Below are positions 12,647 through 23,643 of a DNA stretch of 34,310 nt, piece by piece. This DNA comes from Trichoplax adhaerens. Taxonomy: Eukaryota; Animalia; Placozoa. The stretch covers positions 1 through 34,310 of the forward strand of contig NW_002061001.1 of assembly GCF_000150275.1 (NCBI RefSeq), given 5' to 3'. Both the position numbers and the translations under genes were made by a program. Numbering within the stretch: the first letter of the stretch is position 1; each line of letters begins with the position of its first letter. The notes below the pieces were generated by a model. That model was not told where the DNA came from, made no database searches, and saw only the letters and a program-made list of their open reading frames with translations.

Positions 12647-13993
12647 TTAACAACACAGTAGAATGAATACTAAAATGAGATTAAAAAATTTTCCATCGTA
12701 AATGTCTTGCTGTGTTTCTTCTTCGTTTGCCCTAGCAACATAACTCAGGCAACTCTTTAGGCCATAGTTGTAAGATTTCTTAATTAAAATATGTTGGGCG
12801 TAAAGAAGAAAAATTGGATACAGATTCACTTACACGGCTTGGCTCTTCCTCTGCATTACTGGAATTGTACAGAATGAGTGCTAATAAGCACCCCATTAGT
12901 GCTAATGCGCCTGTGATTAGCAAAACTTTCAGTATTAAAAGGTCGCTAAAATTCGCAGTAAATTGCTTGCTTCCATTATCAGACGTTTTATTTTTGAAAC
13001 CGTTGGCACTGCGTTTACCACTAAGAGTCGATAATGCTAATAATAAATAGAACAAGGCAAATGAATAAATTGTTTTAATTAAATAGACATATCGGCTTCT
13101 TTGACAGGAGTAAGACTTTGAAAGTATTTGATGAGCGAGATACAGGCATGTCTAAGTTGGCTAATTCATGCGTTACATGCTGTATTTGTTAACTGAAAGA
13201 AATTTATATTTAAGTAACAGTGATGGCAATTTACTGTAGGACAGTAAATTAAATTGGGAAATTTGTGAAAAATCAAGATTATCATTTTACGGTATAATTT
13301 GAATTGGGATTAGAGAAATTTCGAAAGAACATAATTTGAAAATAATTCGTACCTGTTAATATTTTGCTAAAGTATTCAAAAAACTATTATGGCAGATCTG
13401 TCTTAAGTAAGTAACTTACAGTAGTATCTTGTAAGTATCAATAGCAAAGTTTTATTATCTAGAAGATAGATCAATTATTTCAAGGCAATGTAAAATGCCA
13501 TTTACTACAGTGAGTATTAGGTAAGTAGCAATTTTCAGGGTTCTATAGCTACATACAATATTAGTAGCAGTTAGTCTTACGTATTTACTTTTTACAACTG
13601 AGTGATTTTAAAATTTCTCGGTAATTTTGACCATTTCTGAAATTATATTATGCGTATTACTTACTTTCATCGCATATCCTACCAGTCCAGCCATTAGGGC
13701 AAATACATTGATATTGTGTGGGGGAGATATGGTGGCATGTTGCATTGATATTTACACATGGCGATGAACTACACGGCTCACAAAAAACTAATAAAGGATT
13801 AAACCATTTGAAATCGATTTAATTAGTGCTCTACTATTACTATTAATTAATCATCGCTACATGGGTTGATGGTGGATCTATTTTACAAGAGATTAGTTGT
13901 CTACAAATATTAATAAAATTTACCTAAATCAAATTGCCAAACGACAATAGTAAGAGTGTATAAAATTGTTAAAACTCTCGGAATAGTGATCAT
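12647..13993 (-). CDS. Small membrane-anchored single-EGF protein, paralogue A (~175 aa; SP-EGF-stalk-TM-tail)
   Basis: Exons: 13993-13924 (MITIPRVLTILYTLTIVVWQFDL, G|gtaaat); 13787-13665 (VFCEPCSSSPCVNINATCHHISPTQYQCICPNGWTGRICDE, A|gtaagt); 13036-12834 (stalk and TM LLILKVLLITGALALMGCLLALILY, CGT|gtaagt); probable last exon 12778-12647 (KSYNYG...LILVFILLCC*). Splice sites are canonical GT-AG and the frame is open. The last exon is the least certain. Confidence 0.8.
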
Positions 13994-14725
13994 GCTCTTC
14001 TGATAGGTTTTCGAATTCCCTTTTGCGAAAATAACTTTTTGATTACTTGATCCTTCCTTTTCAACCTGTCTTGTATTCGATACCTCGACAGATTACTCTT
14101 GACAGGATATCCAAGTATGTCTAACGGTGGCGTAAGAGAGTGTTTATGACACTTATACAGCTCTCTATAATTGGTTTATGTCTATCAATAATAACATATT
14201 GAAACTTGATCATTTCACATGCTTGTTCAATTCGAATATTTAGATAGTAGAATTACAAATTCAACTGCATGACTATGTAAAGAGGTATCACTAATCATGT
14301 TTGGAACGGCTACTGACTTTTTAGCTCCATTTACCTAGTTATAAAATGGGAGGTTATACTGTAAATTGATTCTTGTTGAAAGGAGAAACACTTCATCAGC
14401 AAGAGGTTATATGTAACATTTTGCTTTCGCCCTACCATACATGCGAATAAACACATAAGATCTATCTTAAAAATTTGGGCAATGTTCATAAGATCTATTG
14501 AAATAATAATTGGCTAAACTGTAGCCAAGTACACAAAAGTTGATGTTGGTTAGCACATACATTTTCAACCCAAATGAGACTTCTATCAGAAATTTTACAA
14601 TCATCATTACATTATCTGCTTTATACTCAGAGTACATCCTAGCTACTGTAACTTTAGTAGTGTACAGATTTGCATGCATGAAATAAACTAAAACAACAAA
14701 ATTTTTTATTATAATATAATGATTA

Positions 14726-14962
14726 TTGCTGAGTGATCATCCAATAAGTGCATATACGATTAATGGAAAGCGTGCAGGATCAGTTATTTCAATACCTCGG
14801 ATAGTACTTATATTTGCAGATTCCGATCTTCCTGTTCATCTAATACAACGCCAGTTTCCTATTAGACCAGCATTTGCTATGGCTATTACTAAAAGTCAGG
14901 GCAAACATTGAATAGGTTAGCTTTTTACCATGGCCAATTTTACGTTGCTGTTTAGTCGTTGT
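14726..14962 (+). mobile_element. Helitron (PIF1-like helicase) C-terminal fragment, decayed
   Basis: IPRIVLIFADSDLPVHLIQRQFPIRPAFAMAITKSQG, then after frameshifts TLNRLAFYHGQFYVA and FSR. This matches the Helitron/PIF1 motifs RRQFPxxxAFAMTINKSQGQTL...FSHGQLYVAxSR, with a short internal deletion. Confidence 0.9.
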
Positions 14963-14997
14963 TACGATGCGTAAGCTCGTTCTAATTATAAATTTAG

Positions 14998-15859
14998 AAT
15001 CCACCATCATGGCAGACTGTGGAACGCAATATGTTAGTGAAACTTTCAAGGAGAGCTGCAGATCGGCAATATTGCCTTGAAGTTCAGTTCACCATATCAT
15101 CATCAAGTCAATAGTGCAGCTGATAGAACCATTCGAAGAATCAAAACGCTATGGAAGAAAGCATTTAAGAGGAAGGGAAATACCCATATACAGCACTATG
15201 GTCATACAGGATAACACCTTTAGATAACAGTATATCATCTCCATACGAACTACTTTACGGACGAAAACCTCAAACGCTTTTACTAGCTTGCAATAGAGTC
15301 CCACAATCACAACACCCTGACAATGAGTACCACCAAGAAGCTAATGAAAGGATTCAGGAAAACAAAAAGTTTTCTACGATAAAGGTACGGGAATAGACAA
15401 GAAATCATTTAACAATAAGAAATTAGTTTACGTAAGTAACACACAGCAAAATATCTGGGAGCCAGCTACGGTACTCAAAAGACCGAATCCCATTGGGGAA
15501 CCTCGAACCTATTTAGTTAATATCGGAGGAAAAATAAATCGTAGAACAAGAGAACACATCAAACCCAGAGCCATGGAAACACCATCTCTTTACCAACCAT
15601 TGGAACCTACCGTAGCATCTAACGTCTTACAAACCCCATTGTCAATAAGAAGACAAGATAGCATTTGTGATACACTAGCCAAATCTAATCAATCACAAAT
15701 ACAACACACGATAGCACATAAAATGCCGCCTATTTGGACTCATTCCCCATCGAAGGAACCCATATTAGCAACTAAGAAAGAGAATGTATCTATAAACCTA
15801 ATAGCCAGATTACGAGAGTTGGAAAAACTACTCGTGTACCTTTGAAATTTCTAGATTAA
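14998..15859 (+). mobile_element. Decayed Ty3/Gypsy (Mag/K02A2.6-like) integrase core and C-terminus
   Basis: Frameshifted motifs occur in the expected order: TIMADCGTQYVSETFKESC (second catalytic D region), SSPYHHQVNSAADRTIRRIKTLWKK, ALWSYRITPL..SPYELLYGRKPQTLL, KQKVFYDK, WEPATVLK..EPRTYLVNIGGKINRRTREHIKPR, and terminal TRVGKTTRVPLKFLD*. ORF 15573-15845 is part of this fragment. Confidence 0.88.
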
Positions 15860-15962
15860 AGGCTAACCTGATAACTCGCGTTTTGCCTACTAAAAGAATG
15901 ATTAAATTGTTATACGAGTAATTGCGTTAGCACACAACCTGTAACTGCACAGCTTGTTTGAT

Positions 15963-16134
15963 AAAGAGGCGGATGTCATAGTATTAGTAGAGCGACTTCG
16001 TAAGGGTAAGTCTTAGATGCGCACGTATTTGAAGTTCATTTGCATGTAAAACCTTCTAGAATACTTAGTCTATGTATACTATAATAACCTACGTTCCTTA
16101 TTTTTGCTTTGATTGAGAATTTTATTCTGCCACA
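15963..16134 (+). mobile_element. Polypurine tract and probable 3' LTR of the Gypsy fragment
   Basis: AAAGAGGCGGA is immediately followed by TGTCATA (LTR start 15974), about 115 bp after the pol stop. The LTR end (..GCCACA, 16134) is a guess. Confidence 0.5.
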
Positions 16135-17044
16135 ATGGTGATCGTTATGATGCTATCAAAGGTAGTGTAGGCTACAATTTAGTATCAGCAAATTATGGCG
16201 AATGATTTAAACGTAGTCATTGTAATCCATAAATTCTATTAACATGCAGTTGAGTTCTTTTCCGGACATTATCATAGCAACTCTTTCTAATTACACATTT
16301 TTTTCTGTTCATTTCACAATCCCAGGTACAATTGATATCATGCAGAAAATGCTAGTGAAATATATATAGAATCTTTTATTTTTACGCAAACATTTGTTAA
16401 AATTTCATAGCTTACAGAATAAATTGACGATTTCATAGTAGAATAGAACTATAGTCATTTTACAGAATCGAAAAATGATGTAATAAATACAGTGCTAAAC
16501 ATAACAGTAATTTATCTCGAGGTTTCTCATATGATACATAACATTATGCATAACTACTGCGTAATGAACGAGTCTTCATATAAGCAATACAATTTTAACT
16601 CTTGTTGCATTGTACTTATATTTATTTCATTACATAATCGGATTGAGAGTAACCGTTGCTTGAAGTGCCTATAGATACAGTAGCATTGCAGTAGGCAAAA
16701 CCATAGTAGTCTTTTTCTTATAGGAATTATCTTTTAAACCACATGTCATCTTGTCTACAATACTTTATTAGGCATATTCATACTAAACATTTTTTATTTA
16801 ATGAGTAAAAATCATAATAGCAGAATACAAGGTGTCATCTACAACTTAATATGTTGACATAAACAGTAATGATAAGGATACGAAATCACTATTAAAGTAA
16901 AACTATAATATCGGCGCTGAGGATTATACCCATCTTTCAACTGTTTGGACTTCTCTTCTGTTATAATCTGCAATCTTTATTTGAACAACAAAGTCAAATG
17001 CGTACATTAGAAAAGCAATAGAAATAGATTGAGCATGTGATAGC

Positions 17045-17688
17045 ATAAAGTGCCATCCTTACTAAGCTGACCTACATCGAAAATACTATATTAAATACTC
17101 TAAAAGTTTTAGTTATTTCTGAAAGTGATTGGATGCGCCTATAGAAAGATGCAATAAGGTAGCTATACAATAGGTAGTTACTGCATCACATTGCCCTAAA
17201 GCGAACAAGCCTAATTTCTCCATCTTGCTGAAATACTATAGTTAAGAGCTATCTAAACTACTAAAGGTGCTTTTGCAAACTACCAAATTTTAAATTTATT
17301 TCTTAGTTACAGTATAGTAGCTTACAATGGGTATGTTTGCTTTAGATGAGATGCAGTATTTGATATATTGTTCAGTTCACATCAATAGTAAAATAAAGCA
17401 CTATCCTTACTAAGCTGAGGTACATTGAATGTACTATATTAAATTCTCTAAAATTTTTTAGTTATTCAAGAAATCATGAAATATCTTTGCTTAAAGGTAC
17501 ATTAAGGCAACTATGCAATATTGATGTCAACTGTAGTTAAGAACTATCTAAACTGCTAAAGGTGCACTTGCAATCTACTAAATTTCAATTCATTTCACGG
17601 TTACACCACAGTAGCTTACAATAGGATGTGTGCTTTAGATAAGATGCAGTTATTGATATATTAATTCTGTTCACATCATTAGTAAAAT
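17045..17688. repeat. Two-copy tandem duplication (~348 bp + ~296 bp) 3' of paralogue B
   Basis: ATCCTTACTAAGCTGA, CTATCTAAACT(A/G)CTAAAGGTGC, GTAGCTTACAAT and TTCACATCA(A/T)TAGTAAAAT each occur twice in the same order. Copy 2 has a ~50-bp deletion. Confidence 0.85.
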
Positions 17689-17864
17689 TGAATATTAGTA
17701 ATTACATTACTATTTTTAATTTGATAGTAGAAAATTGTTGGTATATTTATACATGTCTGCACGCTGACCACTCAAGTGCTATCAAGTTATGTTGCACGTA
17801 TTGTATTTTACATTGCATCTTCTTATATGACATTATTACCGCATGCCTCGCTATTTAGACCTGA

Positions 17865-18892
17865 TCAAGGTTTCTATTTAAAAATACAGTAGGCAGCACG
17901 AAAGAATGAACAATTATAATGCATTTACTTACAGCATGTAGCTGCCGACTAATTTTGTTAGAATTGACCACGCACATTGCTATTAACAAAGCACTTATTG
18001 CTATTAAGACGATGGCTACGAAGATTTGCTGTTCATCCGTAAGACGGTTGTCAATATTTGGCGTGGATTGTTTGTTTTCATTTTCAGATGTGGTATTTCT
18101 TGAATTGTTACTATCGTACGCTGTGCCAAGTAATGCTATAATACGAAAATGTAAATTCCGTTATTGAATAAAACAGCACCATGATATCTCGATACTGAAT
18201 AGGACATTGATAAGCAGTTTAAAGATTCCGGAAGCTATATTACTGTCCTGAATGGGCTATTAATAATTAATCGGACACAATGTCTAAAATGGTTTGTTGC
18301 AGAAAGCATGTCTAATAGTTCGCAAAATTATAAATTCTTAGAGTGGTTTAACCATCACTTGAATTAGCAGGTATTCATGAAATAAATCAATAACTACTTG
18401 TAACTCGTCGATATAAGGGCAATGAATAAATCATAGATGAACAAAAAGTTATTTAAATTCGTTACTATAAAGTAATGAGTGAATAATATGTAAAGTGACA
18501 TTTTAAATTTTTTAGCTCAATCTTACAATTTCTTAAGTTCTATTATTTCTTACTTTCATTGCATGTACTATCCTTCCAGTCTTTAGGGCAAAGGCATTGA
18601 TATTGTGTTGCAGAAATATCGTGGCATGTTGCATTGATGTGTGCACATGGTGATAAATTACATAGCCCACAGAAAACTAATGATTGATTAAGCCATTTGA
18701 ATTCGACACGATTAGTATCTATTACCGTACAACTAGTAATTAATCATTACTATCTGTATTAGTGCTACATCTATACATATGCTGCAGAAGATTACTTCTT
18801 CCAAAAAAGTTTAAAATTTTACCTAAATCAAATTGCCCAACGACAAAAGTGATGGTACATAAGCTCATTAACATTTTTGAAATTCTGATCAT
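17865..18892 (-). CDS. Small membrane-anchored single-EGF protein, paralogue B (~134 aa; SP-EGF-stalk-TM)
   Basis: Exons: 18892-18823 (MIRISKMLMSLCTITFVVGQFDL); 18676-18554 (VFCGLCNLSPCAHINATCHDISATQYQCLCPKDWKDSTCNE); 18135-17933 (TLLGTAYDSNNSRNTTSENE...QIFVAIVLIAISALLIAMCVVNSNKISRQLHA|gtaagt); probable last exon 17873-17865 (KP*). The first three exon lengths (70/123/203) are identical to paralogue A. Confidence 0.8.
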
Positions 18893-21109
18893 GTTCGGTT
18901 TACAGATTTTCGATTTCCTTCTAGTGAAATATGACTCCTTGATTACTTGATTTTTTCTTATAAAGGCACAGTCTCCCTTTGAAATTCTTAAGATGGATAC
19001 GATATTTATCTGGTTCACCATATAATGGTACGAAATAGAATCTTTTACACTCGTATAATACTATATTTGGATGATATCCATATATAAATTGGAACTATAA
19101 AAGCTGATCAATTTTATGTGTGTCATAAAATTATAACGAACGTGGATGGCTAAATAAAGCGGCATGGCGCATCTAAATTAAACTCTTACTGGTTTTAAAA
19201 TCTAATTTACATCATAAAATGATACGTTGCTCCATCAGAATTAATCATAAAAAAAATTCCAAATGGTAGTACATTCAATTTAGGATTGTAGTGTCCGGCA
19301 TCTTATGGATAATTCCATTATGCATTATCAGCATTAAAGAAATGACGATTGCATGTCGTAATTGATAAAAGTTATTTATAGTCTATGTAATATTCAGAAA
19401 TTTAGGCATTATTTTGGCCTAAATAAAAAATTTATACAATTATTAGTCAGACCGTGTATAAGGTCTACTCGTAGCGAATATAAATTTACTGCAATTGAAA
19501 TAATGATTAGGCAAGGCAGTTATTTGCATTAGAACAACTTATATAAAATAATAAGTAATGTATTTCTTATTCAGCTTTATGTTTCAAAATAATTTCCTAA
19601 AGTACAGAGGCTCTAATTTATGTATTCTATTTGGTATGATTATTCCTATCAGATCTGTGGAATACTTGCTACAAATGAATCGTCCCGTATTTGTGCTAAG
19701 ATCCTTAAATTGTAGCTGGTATTTTGCATTTTGGCATAGGTTTCTCTTGGCGACCGGGAATCAATATTTCGGCTACGTACCTTATTTGATAAACTTTGTT
19801 TATAGCTAATGATAGAAATATGCGTGCTGCTTGATCCATAAGTTTAATTTGATACTTCAGTTAACGGGTAATGCTGCGAAAATAACAGTACACGTATCTG
19901 CTATCTACATAATTTTGAGATGAGATAAATCTACTACGGTCTAATTCAAATAACGAACTATTTGTTATGAGTGGAGTTTTTATATTATTCTAGAGCAGCT
20001 ACTGTCCATAAAAAATATGACCATATTATTTGAAGATTAATTGAATGCATATTGTACCATTGCTGTAAATCATATTTTGCGTTGCTGTCACTGTTTCAAT
20101 CATCATGAAAAATACGGTTAAAATACAAGTCGTCTTTGGCTGTAAAAGGTCAATCTGGTAAATTATATGAGAAACACTTTAATTAACAGAAAAATAATAA
20201 AAGTATTGATCTTTTGATAAAGTCGATAAAACAAATGATCTTCTGGTAGGAGATATGATCAAATAAAATTTAAATTCAATTTAACTTGAATATAATAGCA
20301 TGTTGGTATCATTTCATTTACTTCGAATTATCACATTGAAAGTAGCCGTTTCATTCTCTTTCTTGATTACCATTACGGTAGTTGTTACAGCAATTACAGT
20401 TAAATACTTAAGCCGAGAAGATTTTTAAGCTAACTAGATTTATACCTCGAAATGATTACTTGTTTCAAACAATTATAAACTTACTTTCTATATTAATTAA
20501 ATTTTTAAACATCAGAAATATATGCTAGTAACAATTGTTATAATAGTTGCGATGGACTGCACTAGACGATTATATTAAACTACATGTGCATGATGTAATT
20601 GGTGCATACGCAGATAAATATTGCACTTTAATTAGCGAATTCACCATGTTTCCTTCTCAGTGCAATAGAAATAATCAATAAATGGTAATATAAAGATCCG
20701 TTTCATAATTAATTTAATTATTCTTTTCTTGGACTATTTTGATAAAGGTAAATTCGTTCAATTATTTTACAGTGACGATCAAGTAATTTTCCTCAAAACT
20801 AGAGTATTTTTATTTTAGACCCTGAATACCATTTAAATATCAACGCCATATCTGCTCTCTATCTTCTAATTTGATCAACTTCCCAACTATAAGTCCATTC
20901 CATTTGTTAGATATTTTAACCGTTCTACTTCGATATATTTGCTCACAAGTCTAATTGTATAGAAATTTTGATGAAGGGGTAAAGTGAATGAACTCTACTG
21001 ACTAATTTTGAAGTGAAGTAACGCGAATTAAAAATTCTTACGAAATATTATTTAGAGTAAAGGGTTAGAACAACGTCAAATATTAAATTGCAACCGATTA
21101 ATCCTAGCT

Positions 21110-23643
21110 ATATCAGCTTACGAAACAGTTTCTGGAATATAAATTGAAAAATTTTGTACAATATCATTCAAGCTAAATGCTTAAAGTAACGTCAACAAGC
21201 TAAGCTGCAATCCCCAAATTTTGGCTATATAGGTACATACGAAAGAAAGTTGTTATCATGGCGATACTTGTATCAAGACAAACCATCTAAACATATTTGT
21301 CAATATACTTCTGACAATGTTATTAAAATTGTGAATTAGTAAGTAAGTACCTCGGTGAACTTTTAGAGTAGATACTACAGACTCATCATATTACAATAAA
21401 ATGCAAATTTAGAATATCCATTATAGCACTAGGCAATATTTACATAATTATACGTAAAATGCAATCCATTACGCAGGAAAGATGATGATGCTTCTATATC
21501 AATGATGTCTTGCAGATACAAGTTTTAAAGAGCAAAGTATCATAAATCAATTCACAATGTAGTTATCTTTCCATATTGGTAATATGATTGCTTCACTTTG
21601 ACCATAGAAATGAAGCGATTTCTCGATAAAATAATGGCGATATTATAGACTTTCTTGAATATTCATAAAATGGTCAATCTCTAAAACTTTGATATTCTAA
21701 TATTGGCTTAGTAATTTACTGTTTTTAAAAAATAATCTACAAGGTTATAGTTAACTATGGTGATCACGTACGACTATAAGATATTTCTGTCGACTAAATT
21801 ATGATTCCTATCGGGCCATATCAGATATCTCCTGAAACTCTGACATTGTAGCAAGCGGAAGGATGCAAGATATGGTTAGAAATTAGTTAAGCTAGTCGTA
21901 TCTATCCGTTGACTTGACACATCACTTTGCTGAAAGTGAGTTTGTTTTATTAGGTAATTGTTTTTAGCTGACTCATTTATTTTAGATTACACTTTTAATC
22001 CAAGCAATAGAGCTGTATGTCAGAAATGTTGGAATTTTATTCTATTGAAAATTACTAGGTACGGCAGCCGTGCTATCTACACGAAGTATTACCTTAATTT
22101 CAGTAAATATTTCAGGCATTATATCTGTTTTAACGCTAAATAACTTGCTGACAACATTTGTAGGGGAAAATTATTTTCTTTAAAAACCTTCATTTGGATG
22201 CTATGATAAATCCCATTTACTTTAATATTGATTTAATGTCCATCTTGTAAATGTGATAATTATTACATTCTACAAGCAATTAAGTTCGTTCCCAAAAGTT
22301 ATCAACGATACAATCTTTATTTTAAAAGGAATAGGAGTTGTGTAAATCGTACATAACTCTTTATGCGTTACACCAGGTTTTATCCTTCTTACGACGGTTA
22401 TACAATAATACTTCTTGCTATGATGAAAATCGTCTTTGAACTTTAACTACAAATTTCTAAGAGAACTCTGAAGGAGTGCAGCTATAACAATAATTCATTC
22501 ATAGAACTTAGCTGCTGTATTAATTCAAGATACAGTAAAGATGATGTATAATTTAATTGCTTACCTATTTTAGGATTCTTCTACTTGCTAAAATTTACCT
22601 GAATTAAGAAAGAAGTCTACCTTTAAGTACCATTCCACTGATTACATAGACGCTAACATTGAACATTCTATGATATAATGCTAACGCAATATATGAAGAA
22701 ACTAAACTAAAGAGTTCTTTCAGAACAGGAATGGGCTAGGTAAGTTCATAAAGCTGGCCTTGATTTACTGTTCATTTATGCTCATCTCATCCAATGATCA
22801 GGTAGCGTTCGAACTTGATCAATTGAAAATTCTCGCAATATACTTCACCTTATACCGTAAAGTTTAAACATATAAAGTTTCTAAATAGATGCCCCTATAA
22901 AAGCGCGCTAAGTAGTTAGTTTTCCAGCTAGAGATAATAACTTGACATATTCAATCTTCAAATATATGTAGATGCGATTTCAATATATCAATGCACATCA
23001 TATACAGTAATAGACTTCTATGTGCTTCGGTAGCATGATAACCAGAGCCATTAGCAAAAAAAAGAAGCTATAACAAACTCTAAAATCCATTTACGGTTCT
23101 CGCAGCGTTGGAGACAAATCTTTAAAGAAATATATTGAATATGTCTTAAGCTAGCAGTGAGATTATCTTGTAACTCTTCAATAAATTGTTGTAAAACCTT
23201 CCCGTTACTTTCTGTTACTGTTTGTGTAAGTTTCAAAGTTTTGTTGTAAATCGAGTTTAGTTCTCCACAAATTTACACTGATGCATTGGGCTATATCAAA
23301 AACGGACTAGTGTTAAATACGATTAGTAAACAGTAAGATATAAGGCTCGGTAGTCATTCCGTAACATTTTGCCGTTTGTGCCAACGGTAGAAGCGGTAAG
23401 AAACAACCAATGATTGATAAGGACAGATCAAACTGTGATGTTTATTAATTATTAAAAGTTATTTCTAAATCGGCTTACCCCTTTTAGGATTTACTTCTCC
23501 ACTTTCATCAAAGTTTTCGACGTTCCTAAAGATAGCGTCATCATCAAATTGCTCGTCAGAATACGGTTTAGTAAATCTTCTCCAAGCAAGCATTTATCAT
23601 TCGACGTATCCACGCTATGAACCCTGACATAGCTTGCAATAAT
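21110..23643 (-). pseudogene. Decayed multi-exon gene, probably NACHT (STAND NTPase) family
   Basis: Splice-bounded exon remnants (23643-23479; donor at 22564, acceptor at 22482) are followed by a stop-riddled stretch. Its motifs appear in NACHT order: TDRYD*L (~21890, Walker-B DGYDEL-like), KVLEIDHF..FIEK..DNYI..LKLVS, QICLDGL (~21290), NLGI, and FFNL/FQKLF (~21140, FxHxxFQEY-like). A Walker A motif is not clearly recognisable. Confidence 0.42.

Noticed and set aside
13665-13787. Calling paralogues A/B EGFR (ErbB) ligands such as TGF-alpha or HB-EGF
   Set aside because: The topology is similar, but the Cys spacing is C-x4-C-x6-C-x9-C-x-C-x8-C rather than C-x7-C. There is no GxRC motif and no intron between C4 and C5.
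6329-18950. Plus-strand short ORFs at 6329, 7149, 12814, 17919 and 18762 (likewise 30583 and 31017)
   Set aside because: These are antisense shadows of real minus-strand exons and contain no motifs.
18893-19021. 43-aa N-terminal extension of paralogue B from an upstream in-frame start
   Set aside because: It is not conserved in A, which has an in-frame stop upstream and no intervening ATG, and it would bury the signal peptide.
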